Shown piece after piece: positions 56,948 through 64,000 of a DNA stretch of 64,000 bases; within the stretch, counting starts at the first letter, position 1; each line of letters begins with the position of its first letter. Under the pieces are notes generated by a model. That model saw only the letters and a program-made list of their open reading frames with translations, had not been told where the DNA came from and did no database searches. Source of the stretch: an uncultured Candidatus Saccharibacteria bacterium (GTDB lineage: Bacteria > Patescibacteriota > Saccharimonadia > Saccharimonadales > Saccharimonadaceae); the NCBI GenBank assembly GCA_964348695.1, contig CAYGDI010000001.1:159473-223472 (forward strand), given 5' to 3'. Position numbers and translations under genes: made by a program.

Positions 56948-57319
56948 TCACTTGACTTTGAATTTGCATTTGATGATGCACTCGCCTGCCTCGTACTTGA
57001 TCTTTACCTTGACTTTGCCCTGAGGGAACATTTCTCCCCAGGCGTCTTCGAGCTCGATTTGTAGAGGTTTGCTGAGTTCAAAAAACGAAAACAGTGCGTT
57101 GGCGATACCGCCCCAGAATCGAAGTTCGATTTTGTAGGTCTTTTTGTCCGGGTTTTGTTCGAAATGTGCGGATGCTCCTTCGAGAAAGTATCTCGAAAGA
57201 AATTCGGTGTACTCGCGTACCACGCTCTGCATATTTCGGCATAGCACATTGAAAAAGAGATCTTTCTCGAGAGTCTCGATGATCTCTTCTAGCTTTTTTT
57301 CAAAATCGCTGTCACTCAT
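56948..57319 (-). CDS. hypothetical protein
   Basis: 123 aa from the ATG after GAAGGAA. Its stop lies 39 nt before the next ORF. Confidence 0.55.
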   Translation of the reverse strand: MSDSDFEKKLEEIIETLEKDLFFNVLCRNMQSVVREYTEFLSRYFLEGASAHFEQNPDKKTYKIELRFWGGIANALFSFFELSKPLQIELEDAWGEMFPQGKVKVKIKYEAGECIIKCKFKVK

Positions 57320-57468
57320 CGTGATTCCTTCTGTCGAATTGTTAAAACACGTCAGGCGTGTAAACTCCATAAAACTGTATGGTAAGCAAATTATACTAAA
57401 AAATAGCGCATACATCAAAATACCGCTCTAAAATGAACGGTATTTTGAAATAGTAGTAAAGCGCTTTA

Positions 57469-57879
57469 CTAAGAAAGTTCTACTGCTGCGCCTGCTTCTT
57501 CTAGAAGCTTCTTAGCAGTATCTGCTTCGTCTTTGCTAACTTTTTCTTTGACTGGTGCCGGAGCGCCGTCAACGATAGCTTTAGCTTCACCTAGACCTAG
57601 TCCAGTGATTTCTTTTACAGCTTTGATGACTGCAACTTTTTGTGCGCCTGCATCTTTTAGAGTTACTGTAAATTCAGTTTTCTCTTCTGCTGTGTCTGCA
57701 CCTGCGTCACCGCCAGCTGCTGGAGCTGCTGCAACTGCTGCTGGAGCTGCTGCTGATACACCCCATTCATCTTCAAGGTGTTTAACAACCTGTGAAAGCT
57801 CGAGAGCTGAAAGTTTGTTGAGCTCGTCAACGATTTTCTTTTGGGCTGCGTTTAGTTTTACTGATTCTGTATCTGCCAT
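57469..57879 (-). CDS. rplL: 50S ribosomal protein L7/L12
   Basis: Ala-rich hinge plus C-terminal domain [27 protein letters not shown]. Confidence 0.97.
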   Translation of the reverse strand: MADTESVKLNAAQKKIVDELNKLSALELSQVVKHLEDEWGVSAAAPAAVAAAPAAGGDAGADTAEEKTEFTVTLKDAGAQKVAVIKAVKEITGLGLGEAKAIVDGAPAPVKEKVSKDEADTAKKLLEEAGAAVELS

Positions 57880-57900
57880 GATATTCTCCTTTGGTTAAAA

Positions 57901-58425
57901 TTATCCTTGTTCTGCCTTTTGCGCTAGGACTTGTGTGAATCCGCGCTGTGCGCCATTTGCTACACCCAAGAACTGGGTGAGAGGAGCTGACATAACGCCA
58001 ACTAGCTGTCCGCGTAGTTGGTCTTTGCTAGGCAAGTTTGCAAGTGATTGGACAGTTGCTGTGTCGAGTACATTGCCGTCGCTAAACCCAGAGACCAATT
58101 GTAGGTCAGTATGAGTTTTTGCAAATGCAGCGATAACTTGAGCTGGCGCTATCTCGTCCTCTGAAGAAAACGCATAGAGCAGCTGGTCGGTTAGAGATGA
58201 AGTGTCGGCATCTTTGTAAGATGCGTTTTCACCCAAAGCCACACGTACAAGACGGTTTTTGACTACCTTTATCACAACGCCGTTTTCACGAGCCTTTTTG
58301 CGCAGTTCCTGCATGTCTTGCACGCTAAGTCCTGTATATTTTGCTGTGACAGTTATTTTTGCACTAGCGAATAGCTCTGCAAGTTCTGCGACTAGTTCTT
58401 TTTTCTTGTCTTTTGTGATTGCCAT
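57901..58425 (-). CDS. rplJ: 50S ribosomal protein L10
   Basis: 174 aa with YTGLSVQDMQELRKKARENGVVIKVVKN. Confidence 0.95.
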   Translation of the reverse strand: MAITKDKKKELVAELAELFASAKITVTAKYTGLSVQDMQELRKKARENGVVIKVVKNRLVRVALGENASYKDADTSSLTDQLLYAFSSEDEIAPAQVIAAFAKTHTDLQLVSGFSDGNVLDTATVQSLANLPSKDQLRGQLVGVMSAPLTQFLGVANGAQRGFTQVLAQKAEQG

Positions 58426-58575
58426 ATAAAATGACTCCTGTTTAGTTGTATCGACCTTGTCCTTAAAACCATAAACTCCGACTCAGACCCGCAAAATTAC
58501 CAGGGCAATGTAACTTCGCTACTCGGGGAACGAGAGTCTTCGCTAGAGTTTATGGTTTAAGGTATATCTCGACTT
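58426..58575 (-). promoter_or_regulatory. ribosomal protein L10 leader-like structure
   Basis: A long helix ccttaaaccataaactc / gagtttatggttttaagg (58461-58562) encloses a branched region immediately upstream of rplJ. Confidence 0.5.
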
Positions 58576-58582
58576 TTTACAA

Positions 58583-58618
58583 ATAAAAAAGTCTTTGATT
58601 CTCGCATTACCAAAGACT
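58583..58618 (-). terminator. intrinsic terminator after tmk
   Basis: Hairpin agtctttgg-taatgcgagaat-ccaaagact followed by U6 on the minus strand. Confidence 0.6.
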
Positions 58619-58709
58619 AATAACAATCTTGTTTTTACTCCTCGGTGGCTTGATTAAGTCTGACGACCGCCACTGTCTTCGGGTAATGTTCATGTACTAT
58701 GCTAACAAA

Positions 58710-59351
58710 CTAGGCGGCCTCTGTCAACGGCTCTATATGCTCCCAAATCTCAGCATACACTTCTTCAACTGTGGTGCTTGCATCTATGACCGGGTATTTG
58801 AAGAAGTGAGCCAGCTCTTCGTAGCCAGCCTTGACTCTATTTTGAAAATCATCATCACGTGATTCAAATGTGTCCGGGTTTTCTAAAGAACCTCGTTGCT
58901 CTATTCTTTTTGTCCGTTCTACTTCGTTCTTGAGACTCAGTACACAAGTAAAATCAGGGCTGATATAGCCTTCGGAAGTAAACTGCTTGGTGGTTTCCCA
59001 TATATCATCTCGGTTAAGTCCTTCTCCATAGCCTTGATATGCCATTGTTGATATCCAGTTTCTGGCTGCCACGACCCATGTGCCTTGTTCTAGGCTAGGT
59101 ATAATAACTTGGCTATCTATTTCACGCCGAGCAGCGGTAAAAAGAAGAAGATTGGTGATAGCGTCGCGCTGTAAGTCTCCGTTTTTAATAATAGTACGTA
59201 GTTCATCTGCAATGGCTATGCCCGCAGGCTCTTCGATTTTGACTGATTGGATACCGCTAGCAGCAAGTCGTTTACGAAGGATCTCAACTTGTGTTGATTT
59301 ACCAGTGCCATCGTGGCCTTCGATTACGATATATTTACCTCGTTCGGTCAT
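58710..59351 (-). CDS. tmk: thymidylate kinase
   Basis: P-loop IVIEGHDGTGKST and the DRY-like AARNWISTMAYQG. Confidence 0.9.
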   Translation of the reverse strand: MTERGKYIVIEGHDGTGKSTQVEILRKRLAASGIQSVKIEEPAGIAIADELRTIIKNGDLQRDAITNLLLFTAARREIDSQVIIPSLEQGTWVVAARNWISTMAYQGYGEGLNRDDIWETTKQFTSEGYISPDFTCVLSLKNEVERTKRIEQRGSLENPDTFESRDDDFQNRVKAGYEELAHFFKYPVIDASTTVEEVYAEIWEHIEPLTEAA

Positions 59352-59422
59352 GATTCTAATCTCCTATAAAAATTGATGTGGGCGGGCGCTTTTTAGGGCG
59401 CCCGCCTGCATCTTTACTTCCT

Positions 59423-60400
59423 TTATGCCGCGTGTTTGATCAGACCGAAATTCTCTTCATGTGGAAGATCTGCTCGGTGCTGGTGCCAACCGAGGAGGTT
59501 GCCCTTTTGGGGCTCTCCTTCTTCGTTTGGTCGACAAGAGTGTTCCATGGGCGACATGTGCCCAGGACCAGCTAGCCGTCCGTACATCGTGAGGTCTTCG
59601 CCATAATCGCGAACACCCCTGTGAGTCAGGTAGCTGGTACGAGCACAGCGTGCACATGAGATCTTGATTTTGGTCTCTGTGTCGAGCTCCTGCTTTTCGT
59701 CCGGTTGCACGAACGGCACGTGCCATTGTCCGTAGTCGAGCGCCTCGGGTGTCGAAGACTCCATTGCTGCAAGCATCAATTCCGCTGGTTTGCGGATTTC
59801 TGCCTGGGCATGCTCGTCGATACGTAGCGCCATGAAGTTTTCCCATTCAGTGGCGGTCACGATGACCGTGTGCCACATGTATGGCTCGAGACCCCGGTTG
59901 GCCAACTGCTTGTGCACGTTGAGAATCTCAACATCAGCTGGGTCTTCCTTGTCCAGCTCTTTGATGATCAGCTTTTTGGCCGCTTCAAAGCCTGCCTCTA
60001 GTTGATCAATGGTTGCATATTCACCAGCTGTTGGGCTGTACTTGAACATGTCACTTGCGCGTTCTTCGCCAAGAATCAACTCAAACGCGGTTGTCACAGC
60101 GCGGTCACGACCACGCAGCCAAATACGAAGTGCCTCGTCGCGCGCCAGGCCGTCCAGCCAAGCATACGACTGCATGCCCTTCTGGTTGATACCGAACCTT
60201 TCTGGAATGAAAGGCTCTACAAGCAGTTTTTCGATCTGCTTGTGCACTGGAATTGCTCGTGAACTAGCCGAATTTCGACTGAACATGCGATGTGTGTTGA
60301 ACTCAGCCAACACAATGCGAGGCATTTCTGCCTCAAGAGTTGTGACTCGCTTTCCCTGTGGTGACACAGAATCAGCGACCACCTCTGCTCTGTAAGCCAA
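59423..60400 (-). CDS. ThyX-like (flavin-dependent thymidylate synthase-like) protein, divergent
   Basis: The N-terminal THRMFSRNSASSRAIP resembles the ThyX signature RHRxxSxxxxSxRY, but it is shifted to residues about 36-51 and has A in place of Y. The protein is 325 aa. Confidence 0.5.
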   Translation of the reverse strand: MAYRAEVVADSVSPQGKRVTTLEAEMPRIVLAEFNTHRMFSRNSASSRAIPVHKQIEKLLVEPFIPERFGINQKGMQSYAWLDGLARDEALRIWLRGRDRAVTTAFELILGEERASDMFKYSPTAGEYATIDQLEAGFEAAKKLIIKELDKEDPADVEILNVHKQLANRGLEPYMWHTVIVTATEWENFMALRIDEHAQAEIRKPAELMLAAMESSTPEALDYGQWHVPFVQPDEKQELDTETKIKISCARCARTSYLTHRGVRDYGEDLTMYGRLAGPGHMSPMEHSCRPNEEGEPQKGNLLGWHQHRADLPHEENFGLIKHAA

Positions 60401-60440
60401 TGCTGGCCTCCAATGTCGGATTGTTTAGGATGTAAAGATA

Positions 60441-61154
60441 CTACCCACGTGGGTGTAATTGTACACCATCATCCCGGTAGAGTCGAACAGCTTTTCCACC
60501 AAGTCTTGGCAGCATCATTTCTGGCGTCCAAAGCTCTTTTAGCTCTTCTAGGTCTGATGTTGTCTGGTAGTGACCACTTAGCTGTGAATACTCACTTTCT
60601 ACTTCACCAGTTTCGTGGAAAACGATTTGTGCTATAGGTGCTCCAACAACTAGAGGTATGTGTTCATGCTCGTTGGTGTTCTGTATTTCCATAGTCCAAC
60701 GGTTAAAATAACCAGGGTCGCCCCAACCAGCGTCATAGCAAACTGCTACGCCGATACGTCCCATCGAACTTTTAGCCTGCATACTAGTTGTACCTTCTCG
60801 TATGCCTATAAATTCTTGTGTATGTCCCAGCACTCTCTCTCCTGGTCGCAATATTATTATTTTTGCATCCTCTGGTATACCAGTTAGTTCTCTGGGGCCA
60901 AATACTTCTTGCATTTTACTGTGCTCAGCAAAAGGCAACGCAGGAAAATATCGAAAATAGCGATCTACATCTTCTTGATCGTAAGGGTTAAATAGTTTTG
61001 GGTAAGGGTCGCCATTTGGGTCGGTTGCGTAAAAATGCTCGCCTAGCGTGACATCTACACTACTTCCATTTACGTTTTCAGAAATCAAAGGGTCAATAAT
61101 AACATTCCCTCGTGCGTAATGTTCCATTATTTGTTTGTTGCTCAAAACTCCCAT
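60441..61154 (-). CDS. dcd: dCTP deaminase / dUTPase-superfamily protein
   Basis: N-terminus GVLSNKQIMEHYARGNVIIDP...SSVDVTLG and core GWGDPGYFNRWTMEIQN. Confidence 0.75.
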   Translation of the reverse strand: MGVLSNKQIMEHYARGNVIIDPLISENVNGSSVDVTLGEHFYATDPNGDPYPKLFNPYDQEDVDRYFRYFPALPFAEHSKMQEVFGPRELTGIPEDAKIIILRPGERVLGHTQEFIGIREGTTSMQAKSSMGRIGVAVCYDAGWGDPGYFNRWTMEIQNTNEHEHIPLVVGAPIAQIVFHETGEVESEYSQLSGHYQTTSDLEELKELWTPEMMLPRLGGKAVRLYRDDGVQLHPRG

Positions 61155-61234
61155 GTCTAGCTATTCATTATACATACTTTTCAAAGCTGCAAAAATGTGA
61201 AACATACATCATTTTTGCATGTTATTATTGTTGC

Positions 61235-61672
61235 ATGACAGCAACAAGATCTAGAAAAGAAGTAAAAACATACAGCAAACATATGAAAAATACGCCAAAA
61301 TCGAGTAGCTGTGTTTTTTGTGCGATTGATGGTAGTACTGACCAACTAGTTGCTGAGACAAAGTATTTTAAGATAGTTCGCAATATATTCGGATATTCAC
61401 TCTGGGACAGTCAAAGGGTAGCTGACCACCTAATGGTAGTACCAAAGAAACATACCGATAGTTTGAACAAATTGTCCAAAGAGGTGGCAATAGAATTTGT
61501 CAGTATACTAGGAGAATACGAGTCAAAACAATATAACATATACGCCAGAGCTCCTTCATCGATCATGAAGACTGTTACTCATCAACATACTCATCTCATC
61601 AAACCTTCTGGGAGACCACGAAAACTAGTCTTTTTGTGGCGCAAACCATATATACGTTTGACGCTTGGGTAG
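61235..61672 (+). CDS. HIT-family nucleotide hydrolase/transferase
   Basis: CVFCAI... and the histidine triad HQHTHLI. TGTTATTAT lies 6 nt upstream of the ATG. Confidence 0.75.
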   Translation: MTATRSRKEVKTYSKHMKNTPKSSSCVFCAIDGSTDQLVAETKYFKIVRNIFGYSLWDSQRVADHLMVVPKKHTDSLNKLSKEVAIEFVSILGEYESKQYNIYARAPSSIMKTVTHQHTHLIKPSGRPRKLVFLWRKPYIRLTLG

Positions 61673-61674
61673 AT

Positions 61675-62652
61675 TTAAAGGCTGACTTTGATACCAGGAC
61701 CCTGCGTTGTGCTGACACTGATACTGTGTATGTAGGTTGCTTTCAAGCTTGATGGTTTTTGGGATTGTAGGCTATCGACAAAAGTTTTTGCATTGTCTTG
61801 TAGTTTTTGTGCGCCAAAAGAGACTTTGCCGACGGCAACATGTACTATTGCTTGCTTGTCAACACGGTACTCGATCTTGCCTGCTTTTGCTTCTTTTACG
61901 GCTTTTGCAACATCGCCAGATACGGTTCCACTTTTTGGATTTGGCATGAGACCGCGAGGTCCTAGTACACGAGCGTATTTACCAAGACGAGGCATAAACT
62001 GAGGGGTAGCGACAAGAATGTCAAAATTGATCTCTTCTTTGTCTAGTTGTTGCAAAAATTCATCTTCACCTACAATATCTGCACCGGCTTTTTTGGCTGC
62101 TTCATGCTGATCGCTAGGGGCAAACACAGCGACACGTATGGTTTTGCCTGTTCCATGAGGTAGGCTGACTGTGGATCGGATATTTTGGTCGGCTTGTCGA
62201 GGGTCTACACCCAAGCGGACATGTAGTTCAACTGAAGCATCAAATGTGCTAGGACTTGTCTTTGTGGCCAGCTCAAGCGCTTCTTCAAGGCTGTAAAGTT
62301 TTGCACTATCGACTAGCTTGGCTCTTTCTTGGTATTTTTTGCCACGACGTTCGATCATGGGTCTTGTGACTGGTTTTGGACCCTTTTTCTCTACAACAGC
62401 TTCGCCTATTGGGCTAGTGTCGCCTGCTTCTTTGCGAGCTGCTTTTTCAGCTTTTTCTTCTGATTCTTTGACTGATTTTGCAGACCGTTTACCAGCTTTT
62501 GCAGTTGCTTCTGGCTTCTCTGATACTGCTGTGTCGGCGCTAGAGGTATCAGCTGATTGTAGGGCAGCTTCTATCTCGGCAATTGTGTTTTTTGTTGTGA
62601 CTTCAAGTCCCAGTGACTGGGCTTGTTGTAATAATTCGGCCTTTTTTGCCAT
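61675..62652 (-). CDS. rplA: 50S ribosomal protein L1 with a ~100-aa N-terminal extension
   Basis: The core GKKYQERAKLVD...VELHVRLGVDPRQADQNIRSTVSLPHGTGK is canonical L1. It is preceded by a HeH/Rho-N-like helix pair and a Lys/Glu/Ala-rich linker. Confidence 0.9.
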   Translation of the reverse strand: MAKKAELLQQAQSLGLEVTTKNTIAEIEAALQSADTSSADTAVSEKPEATAKAGKRSAKSVKESEEKAEKAARKEAGDTSPIGEAVVEKKGPKPVTRPMIERRGKKYQERAKLVDSAKLYSLEEALELATKTSPSTFDASVELHVRLGVDPRQADQNIRSTVSLPHGTGKTIRVAVFAPSDQHEAAKKAGADIVGEDEFLQQLDKEEINFDILVATPQFMPRLGKYARVLGPRGLMPNPKSGTVSGDVAKAVKEAKAGKIEYRVDKQAIVHVAVGKVSFGAQKLQDNAKTFVDSLQSQKPSSLKATYIHSISVSTTQGPGIKVSL

Positions 62653-62729
62653 TTTCGTTACTCCTTTCGTGGTGCATACGAGTTTTTTCACTCTCCCACA
62701 AATTTACTATTAAAATATATTATACCATA

Positions 62730-63506
62730 TTATCCGTGAAAACTGTGAGCATATTGAATACTTGTGCTCACAAAGATGATTCCGAATAGCAACATCAGTG
62801 TCTGTATATTGGCAGTACGTCTTTTTTGTTCTGTGTGTAGACTTGGTACGATGTCGCTTGCTGCGATATAGATGAACAGACCTGCCGTAACTGCGAGTAA
62901 GAGTGGTTCAGAGATTTGTAAAGCGTCGCCTAGGCCAAATACTAATACTGCTCCTACTACTGTTGCTAGAGCGCTTGCTAGATTGATCCAGAATACTTTG
63001 ATCTTGTCGACGCCCTTTGCTAGGAGTAACCCAAAATCTCCGATTTCCTGGGGGATTTCGTGTGCTGCGACAACAACTGTTGTCAAAATACCGGTTGCAG
63101 GACTGACCAAGAACGCTCCACCGATAGCTAGACCATCGATGAAATTGTGCAATGTATCACCAATAACTATGAGAGATGTGGTAGACGATCTGCCGGAATG
63201 AGTTTTTGTTGTTTCTTTTTTTGTGTGGTGATGAAACCAGTGCAAAAACCGCTCGAGCACAAAGAACCCAACAAAACTTGCTAATGTGTACTGCAGTACA
63301 GTATGAGGATCTTCGCCGTGTTCAATTGCTTCAGGTAGGAGTTCTACGAAAGTTGCTGCTAATAGAGCCCCAGCTGCAAAAGGAGTTGCGAATACCTGGA
63401 TAGTACGCATATTGATTTTGCTATATATCAGCAAAACTCCACCGATGATAGATACTACACTACCAACGATGCTTGCTAGTAGTAGTAATGTCCATGTCGA
63501 TTCCAT
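62730..63506 (-). CDS. ZIP-family metal transporter (ZupT-like)
   Basis: HNFIDGLAIG and HEIPQEIGDFGLL motifs, about 8 TM segments. Confidence 0.85.
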   Translation of the reverse strand: MESTWTLLLLASIVGSVVSIIGGVLLIYSKINMRTIQVFATPFAAGALLAATFVELLPEAIEHGEDPHTVLQYTLASFVGFFVLERFLHWFHHHTKKETTKTHSGRSSTTSLIVIGDTLHNFIDGLAIGGAFLVSPATGILTTVVVAAHEIPQEIGDFGLLLAKGVDKIKVFWINLASALATVVGAVLVFGLGDALQISEPLLLAVTAGLFIYIAASDIVPSLHTEQKRRTANIQTLMLLFGIIFVSTSIQYAHSFHG

Positions 63507-63507
63507 A

Positions 63508-63933
63508 CTAGCCCTCTACCTCTACGCCCATACTACGAGCTGTACCCGCAATGATTTTAACTGCACCATCAACGTCAATAGCGTTGAGTTGGTCTTTTTT
63601 TTCCTCGGCTATCTCTTCTAACTGCTTGCGTGAGATTTTGCCTACTTTTTCACTGTGCGGTTTGCCAGATCCTTTTTCGATACCTATCTTTTCTCTGATA
63701 AGATCGTCAACTGGTCGGCCAAGACTTTTCCAGTCAAAACTACGGTCATCGTATATTTTGAGATGTACAATAACGTCCTTGCCGCCAAGGTCTTTTGTTG
63801 CTTCGTTGAATGGATTGATAAAATCCATCATGTTGAGTCCCCACTGACCCAGGGTTGAACCCACTGGAGGGCCTGCTGTTGCTCGCCCTGCAGGGATACG
63901 TAGCTTTAAGCTACCTATAACTTGCTTTGCCAT
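63508..63933 (-). CDS. rplK: 50S ribosomal protein L11
   Basis: KLRIPAGRATAGPPVGSTLGQWGLNMMDF... Confidence 0.96.
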   Translation of the reverse strand: MAKQVIGSLKLRIPAGRATAGPPVGSTLGQWGLNMMDFINPFNEATKDLGGKDVIVHLKIYDDRSFDWKSLGRPVDDLIREKIGIEKGSGKPHSEKVGKISRKQLEEIAEEKKDQLNAIDVDGAVKIIAGTARSMGVEVEG

Positions 63934-64000
63934 AATTTGTCTTCTATTTCCTTCTTATAAGATTGCTCGATCTTTTTATATCGAGTGCGTAACTTTGATA

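Noticed and set aside
59457-60395. Alternative-frame ORFs overlapping the thyX-like gene (59457..59846(-), 60009..60395(+))
   Set aside because: Their Arg/Ala/Ser-rich composition is typical of off-frame reading of a higher-GC gene, and they have no start signals.

Overview
This is a gene-dense bacterial chromosomal window, about 90% coding, read with the standard code and mostly on the minus strand. Short overlapping genes, a sortase with surface proteins, a type IV pilin, a heliorhodopsin and partial biosynthetic pathways suggest a small-genome, monoderm-like CPR/Patescibacteria (Saccharibacteria-like) organism. That placement is an inference, because no rRNA lies in the window.

Recognisable content:
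- A class Ia ribonucleotide reductase operon (grx-nrdA-small ORF-nrdB).
- An F1Fo ATP synthase operon broken into three blocks by inserted genes.
- A partial histidine cluster (hisD, hisB-N, hisG, hisE, hisI, hisS) with a T-box-like leader.
- tRNA-Gln(UUG), sodA, cysS, nrnA, pyrE/pyrD, recR/ybaB, cca and dnaB/dnaX.
- A ribosomal L11-L1-L10-L7/L12 cluster interrupted by a ZIP transporter and a dcd-thyX-like-tmk module.

Accessory or unusual content:
- (i) A three-gene cassette at 46.1-48.4 kb: a TM/Rossmann-like protein, a SMODS/CD-NTase-like nucleotidyltransferase, and a possible E2-like protein with a SEC-C motif. It sits next to a Fic/VbhA toxin-antitoxin pair and between a sortase and two surface proteins that carry an APNTG sorting signal. 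This is the best candidate for an undescribed conflict system.
- (ii) A heliorhodopsin translationally coupled to an NAD(P)-binding atypical SDR.
- (iii) Three GC-rich, heavily structured non-coding loci (726-1194, 1243-1771, 17387-17708) that I could not assign to any known RNA family.
- (iv) Several unannotated mini-ORFs. One is a CxxC-tail peptide between nrdA and nrdB. Another is a 46-aa protein resembling a DnaJ zinc finger.

I saw no CRISPR array, transposase or rRNA. All homology calls come from motif recognition by eye; no database search was run.
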